Source: Candidatus Iainarchaeum sp.
GTDB taxonomy: Archaea; Iainarchaeota; Iainarchaeia; Iainarchaeales; JACQJH01
Assembly: GCA_016205145.1 (NCBI GenBank)
Contig: JACQJH010000002.1
Coordinates: 150,001 to 182,000, forward strand
Length of the DNA stretch: 32,000 nucleotides
Direction: 5' to 3'
Made by a program: the position numbers and the translations under genes. This document shows, one piece after another, positions 7,575 to 15,997 of the stretch (position 1 is the first letter of the stretch; each line of letters opens with the position of its first letter). The notes under the pieces were generated by a model, which saw only the letters and a program-made list of their open reading frames with translations, had not been told where the DNA came from and ran no database searches.

Positions 7575-8315
7575 TCACACGCGCCTGCCGTGTACAATGC
7601 GTTTTTTTGTTTCCAGTTTTCCAACTTTTGGCCTGCCGGCAATTTCTTGCGGGTTTTCCACAAGATGAAAAATGTCATCATAGCTTGTGGCTGATCTCAG
7701 CGCCCGTTTCGCATCGCCCACTGAAATGCCGCTCCTGTTAATTGCGTGCCAAACGGATGCCGCTTCATCACGGACCAGACACAAGTCAGGCCTTGCAGAC
7801 TGGATCATATGAACGGCATGCGCATAAGGGTATTTCACGGAAAGCCCGGTATGCTCTTCAAGCGAAAACCTGCTGCCGGGGGCAAACTGGCGGAGCCCGT
7901 TCAACAGGGCCTCACCCTGCCTCGGAACGCAATGCCCGGAATGCGTGCCATAGGCAATGATTTTCACCTGTTTTGAAAAAGACGCGCCTGTGCCGGAAAC
8001 ATGGCGGGAAAATCCGTTCCATATCCCCCCAAAATCGCGGCTGAAATCATATTTGGCACTGTCAACTATTACGGCCCGGTTTCCAAGCATGTTTGAAACC
8101 CACGAATAAAACCGGCCCGCGGAATCAAGAAAGGCCGGTGCCAACCACGGGTAATGCACAACGAAAAGCATTGAAGAAGGATCCTTTGCAATTCTCTGGA
8201 CCTGCCTCGCCCAGCTTCCCTTCCAGTCCGAACCAGCCTGTGCAAGCCTTTGGTTTGGCGGCATTCCGTCAAAAAACGGGTAAACAAGGCAGTGCACTGT
8301 CTTTATTTCCGGCAT
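7575..8315 (-). CDS. hypothetical protein, tentatively isochorismatase/nicotinamidase-like cysteine hydrolase
   Basis: VKIIAYGTHSGHCVPRQGEALLNGL resembles the Cys-bearing G-x-x-T-D-x-CV...G segment of cysteine hydrolases. Upstream FFDG and SAKYDF are possible Asp and Lys positions. The internal ATG at 8315 is chosen because the longer track ORF would overlap trm5. Confidence 0.4.
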   Translation of the reverse strand: MPEIKTVHCLVYPFFDGMPPNQRLAQAGSDWKGSWARQVQRIAKDPSSMLFVVHYPWLAPAFLDSAGRFYSWVSNMLGNRAVIVDSAKYDFSRDFGGIWNGFSRHVSGTGASFSKQVKIIAYGTHSGHCVPRQGEALLNGLRQFAPGSRFSLEEHTGLSVKYPYAHAVHMIQSARPDLCLVRDEAASVWHAINRSGISVGDAKRALRSATSYDDIFHLVENPQEIAGRPKVGKLETKKRIVHGRRV

Positions 8316-8367
8316 GAAAAAAGTATGCCGCCAAACAATAAAAGGCTTGTGCACGCATAATAGGTTC

Positions 8368-9432
8368 ATGGAAAAAAAGGCAAGCCTGCTTTTCGGCCTG
8401 GCAGTCGGATTGAAGGACGCGGAAAAAGCCAAGCGCTTCATCATAGAAAAAAATCTGTTCGTTAAAGGCATTGCGCCGAAAAAAAGCAAAGGCAGCATAA
8501 CTTTTCCCCTTGCAAAAAAGCTGTCCGCAGGCGAGATGAAAACATTTGGGGCGAAGGCAAAACATGGAAAATTCAAATTCGAGAAATCAGAATTAAAGCA
8601 GGGCAGCCTGAAGGAAAGGCTGAAGGGAAAGCTTTCCGGAAAAGAGCTTGAAAGCCTCATTTCCTCCTACGACCAGCTTGGAGACACCGCGATAATAGAG
8701 ATTCCGCCGGAACTTGAAAAAAAGGAAAAAATAATTGCAAAGGCCCTGCTGGATTCGGGGCCGAACATCAAAACCGTGGCAAAGATTACGGGCGTGCATT
8801 CCGGAGAATTCCGTGTCAGGCCGGTTGAAATCATTGCCGGCGAAAAAAAGGGTTTCGCGCTTTACAGGGAAGCCGGATGCGAGTTCAGGATTGCATTGGG
8901 GAAAGTTTTTTTTTCCCCGCGCCTCGGCACGGAAAGATTGCGAATCAGCAAACTTATAAGGCCGGGCGAGGTTGTCGGCGCGTTTTTTGCCGGAGTCGGG
9001 CCTTTTCCAATCGTGTTTGCGAAAAACTCGCCCATGCAAAAAGCGGTTGCCATTGAACTGAATCCCGAGGCGGTAAGGCTGATGCGCGAAAACGTTGTGC
9101 TCAACAGGTGCTCTGACAAAATCGAAATCATCGAAGGAGACGTGAACCGGGTTTGCCTGCCAAAGTTCGGGGAAGCCTTTGACAGGATTGTCATGCCCTT
9201 GCCGAAAGGCGGGGAAACCTTTTTGCAGACGGCGGTTGCGTGCGCGAAAAAAGGCGGCGTGATACACTTTTACAGGTTTGCCGGGAGGCAGAATCCCTTT
9301 GAACAGCCGCTGGCGGAGATAGCTGAAGCGTGCCAAAAGCAGGGCAGAAAAAGCAATGTTCTGCTAAAAAGAAGGGTGCGGTCGTTTTCCGCCTCGACAG
9401 TGCAGGTCGTGGTCGATTTCAGGGTCCGATAG
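8368..9432 (+). CDS. trm5: tRNA (guanine37-N1)-methyltransferase Trm5 / Met-10+ family (Trm5/Taw22-like)
   Basis: FSPRLGTERLRI motif, SAM site GVGPFPI, and ELNPEAVRLMRENVVLN. An N-terminal D1-like domain starts at MEKKASLLFGLAV (ATG 8368). Confidence 0.85.
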   Translation: MEKKASLLFGLAVGLKDAEKAKRFIIEKNLFVKGIAPKKSKGSITFPLAKKLSAGEMKTFGAKAKHGKFKFEKSELKQGSLKERLKGKLSGKELESLISSYDQLGDTAIIEIPPELEKKEKIIAKALLDSGPNIKTVAKITGVHSGEFRVRPVEIIAGEKKGFALYREAGCEFRIALGKVFFSPRLGTERLRISKLIRPGEVVGAFFAGVGPFPIVFAKNSPMQKAVAIELNPEAVRLMRENVVLNRCSDKIEIIEGDVNRVCLPKFGEAFDRIVMPLPKGGETFLQTAVACAKKGGVIHFYRFAGRQNPFEQPLAEIAEACQKQGRKSNVLLKRRVRSFSASTVQVVVDFRVR

Positions 9433-9457
9433 GCAATATCTGCCTTTTTTATTTTTT
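9432..9457 (+). terminator. short stem followed by an oligo-T tract after trm5
   Basis: GGCA-ATATC-TGCC, then TTTTTTATTTTTT, directly after the TAG stop. Confidence 0.45.
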
Positions 9458-9484
9458 CGCATGCTAATGGATTGTGGTTAGTGA

Positions 9485-10147
9485 ATGGAATTGAACCTGG
9501 TTTTTTTCGGCCCGCCCGGCGTCGGCAAGGGCAGCATTTCGCAGAGGCTTGAAAAAACCTACCGCGTGCCGCACGTTTCAAGCGGCCAGATCCTGCGCAG
9601 GAAAGCCGAGGAAAGCTCCATTCTTGCAATGCAGATAAAGGAAAACGTCGCAAAAGGCGAGCTTGTCGACAACCACACAGTCGCATACCTCATAGAGGAA
9701 AGGCTCGGCAAAAAGGACTGCAGGAAAGGATTCATGCTTGACGGCTTTCCGCGAAACATTGCACAGATCAGCATGCTTGACGCGATCCTGAAGCATTACG
9801 ACAAAAAGATTTCAATCGTAATCGAATTGTCCGCGCCGGAAGATGTCCTTGTTGAAAGGCTTTCGTGGAGACGGCAGTGCAGGCAATGCGGAAAAATCTA
9901 CCACATGAAGAACCTGCCGCCGAAAAAGCCGGGCGTGTGCGACGAGTGCGGCGGGGAATTGTTCCAAAGGGAAGACGATTTGCCGGAAACCATAAAGAAA
10001 AGGCTTGAAGTCTACAAGAAATCAACCGAGCCGCTGAAGGCGGAATACGAAAAGCGCGGCCTGCTTGAAACAGTCGACTGTTCCGGGGAAATAAAGGAAA
10101 ACCTTGCGAACATCAAGGCAGCGCTCAAAAAAAGGGGCCTTGCATGA
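9485..10147 (+). CDS. adk: adenylate kinase, bacterial-type long form with a Cys4 zinc lid
   Basis: P-loop GPPGVGKGS. LID with CRQCGKIYH...CDECGG. The stop overlaps the next ATG (ATGA 10144-10147). Confidence 0.9.
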   Translation: MELNLVFFGPPGVGKGSISQRLEKTYRVPHVSSGQILRRKAEESSILAMQIKENVAKGELVDNHTVAYLIEERLGKKDCRKGFMLDGFPRNIAQISMLDAILKHYDKKISIVIELSAPEDVLVERLSWRRQCRQCGKIYHMKNLPPKKPGVCDECGGELFQREDDLPETIKKRLEVYKKSTEPLKAEYEKRGLLETVDCSGEIKENLANIKAALKKRGLA

Positions 10148-11052
10148 CGGTTGACGTCGTAATAGTCGGAAGCGTTGCCCTGGATTCAGTCAAAACTCCT
10201 TTCGGAAAAGTCGAACGCGCGCTTGGCGGCTCGGCAACCTACGCGTCAGTTGCGGCAGGCTATTTCTGCAGGCCGGGAATTGTCGGCGTGGTCGGAAAAG
10301 ACTTTCCAAAACAGCACACTGATTTTTTGGAAAAGCGCGGCATAGATTTGCAGGGACTGTCGCACGCGCAAGGAAAAACCTTTTTCTGGGAAGGCGAATA
10401 CGGGTTCGATTTGAACCAGGCGGTAACCAAAAAAACCGAGGTCAATGTTTTCGAAAATTTCAGGCCGGAACTGCCGGAAGCATACCGGAAAGCCGACTAC
10501 CTGTTTTTGGGAAACATCCATCCGGAACTGCAGCTTGATGTCCTGAAACAGATGGACAGGCGGCCGAAGCTTGTCCTCGCCGACACAATGAACATGTACA
10601 TTTCCTCGCAGAGGGCAAAAGTATTGGAGGTTGTGAAAGAGGTTGACATCTGCCTCATGAACGACTCCGAGGCGAGAATGCTGTTCAACACGCCAAACCT
10701 CATCAAGGCCGCAAGGGAAATCCTCAAGCTTGACTCCGACATCGCAATCATCAAAAAAGGCGAGCACGGCAGCATAATGGTTTCCGAAAACGATTTTTTT
10801 GCCATGCCCGCATATCCCCTTGAAAATGTCATTGACCCGACCGGAGCGGGGGACTGCTTTGCCGGCGCGCTCATAGGCTATCTTGCAAAGTCAAAGGATT
10901 TGGGGGAAAAGAATTTCCGGAAAGCAATCGTGTACGCCTCCACTGTCGCATCCTTCAACGCGGAAGGATTTTCATTGGACAACCTCAAAAAAACCGGCAT
11001 TTCAGACATAGAGGAAAGGGTAAAATCGTTCAGGGAAATAGTGAGGTTTTAA
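10144..11052 (+). CDS. PfkB/ribokinase-family sugar or nucleoside kinase
   Basis: N-terminal GSVALDSV...GGSATYA and C-terminal DPTGAGDCFAGALIGYL (PfkB signature 2). The substrate cannot be determined from sequence. Confidence 0.8.
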   Translation: MTVDVVIVGSVALDSVKTPFGKVERALGGSATYASVAAGYFCRPGIVGVVGKDFPKQHTDFLEKRGIDLQGLSHAQGKTFFWEGEYGFDLNQAVTKKTEVNVFENFRPELPEAYRKADYLFLGNIHPELQLDVLKQMDRRPKLVLADTMNMYISSQRAKVLEVVKEVDICLMNDSEARMLFNTPNLIKAAREILKLDSDIAIIKKGEHGSIMVSENDFFAMPAYPLENVIDPTGAGDCFAGALIGYLAKSKDLGEKNFRKAIVYASTVASFNAEGFSLDNLKKTGISDIEERVKSFREIVRF

Positions 11053-11078
11053 GTGGCACCCCGTTCAGAAAACATGGA

Positions 11079-11513
11079 ATGTGGAACAGCATGAAACCGT
11101 TTTTTTCAAAAAAGGCCGCATGGGCATTGATTTTTGCGCTGGTTTTGTTCGACAGCCTGCTGGATTTGCTGTTTGCCCAAAATAAGGGCCTTGAGAGCAT
11201 GTTTTGGAAGCCGATAGCTGACGCGTCCGGAATAAAATTTGCCCCCTTGGGCGTGCCAATGGTCCTGCTGATTTTTTTTGTTGCCACAAAAATTCTGGCG
11301 GTTTTGGTGAAAAAGATTGATAAGACTGATTTCGCGGAAGAAATACTCTTAACGGGGCTGGCAGTTGTCTACACCGCATTTGATTTGTGGCTTGTTTCAG
11401 TTTACTTTTTCGGATTCACGCTGTTCAAAAGCCCGGTCAGTTTGATTCCATTCCTTGCAGGAATAGGAATAATTTACTGCTGGTGGGCGCAAAAAAAATC
11501 CATGGCCGGATGA
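11079..11513 (+). CDS. small four-TM membrane protein (hypothetical)
   Basis: Four hydrophobic segments. No family recognised. An alternative start is MKPFF at 11091. Confidence 0.55.
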   Translation: MWNSMKPFFSKKAAWALIFALVLFDSLLDLLFAQNKGLESMFWKPIADASGIKFAPLGVPMVLLIFFVATKILAVLVKKIDKTDFAEEILLTGLAVVYTAFDLWLVSVYFFGFTLFKSPVSLIPFLAGIGIIYCWWAQKKSMAG

Positions 11514-11598
11514 AGGATATGCAACCGCTCAAGCACAAGCCAAACCCTTAAAAATACTATTTTCGTGAAATGTTTTCAAAGACTGTTTTGGTGGTATT

Positions 11599-12849
11599 GT
11601 GGCTGATTTCAAGGTGAAGGACATTAACTTGGCCGGGCAGGGCGCCCTCAACATCGAATACGCGGAGAGCCAGATGCAGGCGCTCATGGAAGTCAAAAAG
11701 CGTTTTGAAAAGGAAAAGCCCCTGAAAGGAATGCGCGTCGGCCTTGCATTGCACGTAACGAAGGAGACAGCAAACCTTGTGCGCACTCTCAGGGCAGGAG
11801 GGGCGGAGATTGCGATTGCGGGCTGCAATCCTTTGAGCACGCAGGACGACGTTGCCGCGGCTTTGGCAAAGGAAGGCTTCAGGGTTTTCGCCTGGAAGGG
11901 CCAGACAAGCCAGGAATATTACGAGAATTTGAACAAGGTTTTGGATTTCAAGCCGAATGTTACCATTGACGACGGCTGCGACCTCGTCACAGAAATCCAT
12001 TTGCGCCAGCCCCAGCTGATAGACCAGATGGTTGTCGGCACTGAAGAAACCACGACGGGCGTGATAAGGCTGAGGGCAATGGAAAAGGACAAGGCTTTGA
12101 AGTATCCGGTCATTGCAGTGAACGACAACGCTACAAAGCACCTGTTCGACAATTATTACGGCACGGGCCAGAGCACGTTCGATGGAATCCTGCGCGCCAC
12201 AAACGCCCTCATCGCGGGCAAATCGGTTGTAGTGTGCGGTTACGGCGACTGCGGGAAAGGAGTGTGCCAGCGCGCGAAAGGCCTTTCCGCAAACGTGGCC
12301 GTAATTGAAACCGATGCGCTCAGGGCATTGCAGGCGACGATGGACGGCTTCCAGGTCATGCCAATGTCCGAGGCCGCCAGGATTGGCGACATTTTCATCA
12401 CTGTCACGGGCGACAAGCGCGTAATCCGGCAGGAGCATTTCGAAAAAATGAAATCCGGCGCGATTCTCGCGAACTCCGGGCATTTCGACGTTGAAATCGA
12501 CGTGAAAGGATTGAAGGAAATTTCAAAAAAGCACAGGAAGGTCAGGCCGTCCCTTGACGAATTCACGCTCAAAAACGGGAACAGGCTGTTCCTGTGCGGG
12601 GAAGGGAGATTGGTCAACCTTGCCGCGGCTGAAGGCCATCCGAGCCAGGTCATGGCCTTGAGCTTCTGCGGCCAGTCGCTTGCAGTCGAGTACGGCGTGA
12701 AAAACAGGCTGCCGGCGAAAGTGCACGTTCTGCCGAAAGAGATAGACAACTCGATTGCGGAATTGCAGCTGAAGGCGATGGGCATAAGAAAGGATTCGCT
12801 CACGAAAGAGCAGAAGGAATACCTTTCAAGCTGGAAGGAAGGCACTTAG
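11599..12849 (+). CDS. ahcY: S-adenosyl-L-homocysteine hydrolase (short archaeal-type)
   Basis: KVKDINLAGQG, HVTKETANL, CNPLSTQD, and the NAD site GYGDCGKG. GTG start with GGTGG upstream and a TATA-like CTTAAAAATAC near 11547. Confidence 0.95.
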   Translation: MADFKVKDINLAGQGALNIEYAESQMQALMEVKKRFEKEKPLKGMRVGLALHVTKETANLVRTLRAGGAEIAIAGCNPLSTQDDVAAALAKEGFRVFAWKGQTSQEYYENLNKVLDFKPNVTIDDGCDLVTEIHLRQPQLIDQMVVGTEETTTGVIRLRAMEKDKALKYPVIAVNDNATKHLFDNYYGTGQSTFDGILRATNALIAGKSVVVCGYGDCGKGVCQRAKGLSANVAVIETDALRALQATMDGFQVMPMSEAARIGDIFITVTGDKRVIRQEHFEKMKSGAILANSGHFDVEIDVKGLKEISKKHRKVRPSLDEFTLKNGNRLFLCGEGRLVNLAAAEGHPSQVMALSFCGQSLAVEYGVKNRLPAKVHVLPKEIDNSIAELQLKAMGIRKDSLTKEQKEYLSSWKEGT

Positions 12850-12859
12850 GCTGGTTTTC

Positions 12860-13600
12860 TTGCCCGAAGAAATCAACAGTTATTCGGAGTTCGCGGAATT
12901 CTACGACGCCATGACCGATCCCGCGGAAAAACTTTCGGATTTTATTCCGGCGTACCTTAAACGAAAAAGGCTCCGGCTGAAAAAAGCCGCCGACATCGGG
13001 TGCGGAACCGGAAAGTTTTCACTGGCGCTCGCCAGGCTCGGCTTCAAAGTCACGGGAATAGACGCAAGCGCAGGCATGCTTGAAATCGCCGCAAAAAAAG
13101 CGGAAGCCGAAAAGCTTGCGATAAAATTTGCGCAGGCGGACATGCGCAGCTTTTCCATGCCCGAAAAGCAGGAGCTGATCGTCTGCGGCGACGCAATAAA
13201 CTCGATTCTGGCGGAAAAAGATCTTGAAAGCGTTTTCAGGAATGTTTTCGCAAACCTTGGAAAAAACGGCGCGTTCATTTTTGACGCCAACACCCTCAAA
13301 GATTATTCCGGCAGGGAAAACTGGACCGGTTACGGCGGGCACATAAACGAAAACGTTTCGTTCATATGGGAAGACTATGTTTTTGGCGACAGGTGCGAAA
13401 TTGAACTCGTGTTGTTCAGGAAACAGCCGAATGGATTGTACCGGAAAGAAAAGAAAGTGCTTGTGGAAAATGGTTATCCTATCAAAACAATAAAATTCCT
13501 GCTGGAGAAAGCTGGCTTTTCAAAAATCGAAATCCTGACGGAAAAAATGAAAAAGGCGTCGGAAAAGGACACCCGCGTTTACTTCACTGCAAGGAAATGA
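12860..13600 (+). CDS. class I SAM-dependent methyltransferase
   Basis: Motif I DIGCGTGKFS and post-I GIDAS. The conserved N-terminal FAEFYDAM lies upstream of the first ATG (12911), which supports the TTG start at 12860. Confidence 0.8.
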   Translation: MPEEINSYSEFAEFYDAMTDPAEKLSDFIPAYLKRKRLRLKKAADIGCGTGKFSLALARLGFKVTGIDASAGMLEIAAKKAEAEKLAIKFAQADMRSFSMPEKQELIVCGDAINSILAEKDLESVFRNVFANLGKNGAFIFDANTLKDYSGRENWTGYGGHINENVSFIWEDYVFGDRCEIELVLFRKQPNGLYRKEKKVLVENGYPIKTIKFLLEKAGFSKIEILTEKMKKASEKDTRVYFTARK

Positions 13601-13628
13601 AAAAAAGAAAATGAACAAAAATAAAAAG
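13601..13628 (-). terminator. oligo-T tract (minus strand) downstream of purB
   Basis: The minus strand reads CTTTTTATTTTTGTTCATTTTCTTTTTT immediately after the purB stop. Confidence 0.45.
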
Positions 13629-15038
13629 TCAGAGCAGCTTGAGTTCTTTCAGCTTTTTCTCCCATTCCCTGCAGACGATTTCCGTTTTTTTCTCCGCAAG
13701 GCCGGTGTAATGTTCCGGCTTTCCAAGCAATGCAAGCTGCTGTTTGGAGAATTTCGCGAAGAACGGCTTCAACTCTTTGTCCGCGAAGGCGATTTCGGCA
13801 AGCGGCTTCTGCGCCTTCCCGGCCTGCAGTGTGAGCTGCTTCACTTTTTCGTGCGCGTCGGAATGGCCGTAAAACGCCAGAAGCAGGTACATCGGTTCCG
13901 CGATTATGCTTTGCCTGCTCTTGTTGAAATTGGCAAGCATGTTCTGCCTGTCGACAACGAGCTTTTTGCACGTGCGGTTCAGGCGGTTTGCCGCAAGGTA
14001 CAACGCCAGAATGAGTTCGGGCAAAAACCTTTGTGAGGCGCTGTTCGTCAAATCGCGCTGGTGCTCTGAAATCTCGTCCAAATAAGCCGTGATGGAACGC
14101 GGCATGAACGCTTTCCAGAGGCTCTTGACGTTCTCAAAATTAATCGGATTGCGCTTGTGCGGCATAGTCGAACTGCCGACCTGTTTCGAATCGAATGCCT
14201 CGCCCACTTCCGCGATTTCCGTTCTCTGCAGATGCCTCATGTCGTCGGAAAAGTTGGCGAGAACCGAGAACGTCGAGATAAGCGAATGCGAAAGGTCGGC
14301 CAAAGGCTCCGGCTCGGCAATCTGCGTGCTCGAAATGCTTATCCTCAGGCCGAGCTCTTCCATGACGTCGTTTTCGAATTTGAGCGGGTCCTTTATCAGC
14401 AGGCTGCTTGCGTTGTACGCGCCGACAGCCCCGGAAAACTTGCCGCACAATTTGTCCTTTGCGCGGAAAATGTATTTGGTGCGGTTGCCGAGCCTGCTCA
14501 CATACGATGACATTGCAAATCCGAAAGTTATGGGTTCGGCGTGCTGGCCGTGCGTCCTGCCGATCTGCAAGGAAGCCTTTTCGCGCAACGCAATTCCAAT
14601 GAAAGTCTTTTCGAGTTCAACCAGTTCCGGCAAAAGTATTTCCTCGACAGCCTTCTTGTAGCGGTACGCCGAAGCAGTGTCGACAATGTCGTAGGACGTC
14701 GCGCAAAAATGCACGAACGGCTTGGCTTCAATGCTTACCTTCCGCTTTATGACGTTTGCGAGCGCGCGGACGTCGTGCTTCGTGCTCTTTTCCTCTTCGT
14801 AAACCTCTTCGGCGGAAACTTTTTCGCAGGCTTTCGCGATTTCTTCGGCGATTTTCCTTGAGCAGACGCCATTTTTTGCAAGGGCTTTCGCAAGGCAAGC
14901 CTCGACTTTTGCATGCGATGCGATGCGCGCGTTCTCGGAAAGGTAAGGCGAAAGCTTTTGCACCAAGGATTCGTCTCCGCCATAATAGCGGAAATCAACC
15001 GGATTCACCAGGTCAAACAACGCGATTTTTTTAGTCAT
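13629..15038 (-). CDS. purB: adenylosuccinate lyase
   Basis: Fumarate-lyase signature GSSTMPHKRNPINFE. Full-length purB-type architecture. ATGA overlap with the purC stop (15035-15038). Confidence 0.95.
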   Translation of the reverse strand: MTKKIALFDLVNPVDFRYYGGDESLVQKLSPYLSENARIASHAKVEACLAKALAKNGVCSRKIAEEIAKACEKVSAEEVYEEEKSTKHDVRALANVIKRKVSIEAKPFVHFCATSYDIVDTASAYRYKKAVEEILLPELVELEKTFIGIALREKASLQIGRTHGQHAEPITFGFAMSSYVSRLGNRTKYIFRAKDKLCGKFSGAVGAYNASSLLIKDPLKFENDVMEELGLRISISSTQIAEPEPLADLSHSLISTFSVLANFSDDMRHLQRTEIAEVGEAFDSKQVGSSTMPHKRNPINFENVKSLWKAFMPRSITAYLDEISEHQRDLTNSASQRFLPELILALYLAANRLNRTCKKLVVDRQNMLANFNKSRQSIIAEPMYLLLAFYGHSDAHEKVKQLTLQAGKAQKPLAEIAFADKELKPFFAKFSKQQLALLGKPEHYTGLAEKKTEIVCREWEKKLKELKLL

Positions 15039-15997
15039 AAATAGCCTTTCTCTGCGAGGTTGGATTTTATCCTTTCGGTTGCGTCAAGCTGTTCGGGAAC
15101 GACGATTTCTTTGCCGGTGATTTTCTCAAAAGCCGTTATGTAGCGGCTTGCGACTTCTGCGCGGATATTGTCCGGAATTTTTGGTATCGGCCCGTCGCCC
15201 ATGAAATTCTTTTCCTTTATCAGCCACTGGCGCAGGAATTCCTTGTCAAGTATCTGCGGCTCGACGCCCTTTTCAAACCTTTCAGCGTAAGTGCCTGCAA
15301 ACCAGTAGCGCGAACTGTCGGGCGTGTGCATTTCATCGACGACAACCAGCTTTTTTCCGAGCAGGCCGAACTCGTATTTCGTGTCCACCAGAATCAGGCC
15401 ATTTTTGGCGCAAATGCGCGTGCCCTCCGCAAACAATGCCAGCGCGGTTTTCTCCATCGTTTCAAGCAATCCCTTTTCCACCACGCCCTTTTCCACGAGG
15501 CTTTCCTTTGAAACGTGCTCGTCGTGCAAGCCTGCTTCCGCTTTTGTGCTTGGGGTGACAAGCGGCCTTGCGAATTTCTGCCAGTTCCGCAGGCCTTCCG
15601 GCAAAACAATGCCGGAAATGTCCTTGCCGTCGCGGTAGTCGCGCCAGGCGCTGCCGGTAAGATAGCCCCTGACAACCATTTCAACGGGAATCACATTACA
15701 TTCCTTTGCGATGGTCACGTTTGGGTCTGGCACGTCAATAATGTGATTGTCGACTATGTGCTTTGTCTTTTCAAACCAGAAAGCGGAGCATTCGTTCAAG
15801 ACCTGGCCTTTGAAAGGAATGGTCGTCAGCACCCTGTCAAATGCGGACAGCCTGTCGGTAGTGATGATTATGCGCGTGCCGTCTCCCAAAGAATAGTTGT
15901 CGCGCACCTTTCCAGCGTACTTCCTGCCGAGGCCGGAAAAATTTGTTTCGCTCAAAGTGAATGCCAGCATTTTTTCAAGCTGAGCTTTTTCAATCAT
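15035..15997 (-). CDS. purC: SAICAR synthetase (long, about 320-aa type)
   Basis: GKVRDNY...TTDRLSAFD and LVDTKYEFG motifs. The ATG at 15997 forms an ATGA overlap with the purE stop. The upstream 50 codons of the track ORF are rejected. Confidence 0.9.
   Translation of the reverse strand: MIEKAQLEKMLAFTLSETNFSGLGRKYAGKVRDNYSLGDGTRIIITTDRLSAFDRVLTTIPFKGQVLNECSAFWFEKTKHIVDNHIIDVPDPNVTIAKECNVIPVEMVVRGYLTGSAWRDYRDGKDISGIVLPEGLRNWQKFARPLVTPSTKAEAGLHDEHVSKESLVEKGVVEKGLLETMEKTALALFAEGTRICAKNGLILVDTKYEFGLLGKKLVVVDEMHTPDSSRYWFAGTYAERFEKGVEPQILDKEFLRQWLIKEKNFMGDGPIPKIPDNIRAEVASRYITAFEKITGKEIVVPEQLDATERIKSNLAEKGYL

Noticed and set aside
8316-8660. N-terminal 115 codons of the 7575..8660 minus-strand ORF
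   Set aside because: It would overlap the conserved N-terminal domain of trm5 by about 290 nt. Its translation (MRLSSSFPESFPFSLSF...) is low-complexity. The internal ATG at 8315 gives a compact divergent arrangement.
11557-12483. 308-aa ORF on the - strand
   Set aside because: It is antisense to ahcY, whose product is unmistakable. The translation is low-complexity and Arg/His-rich.
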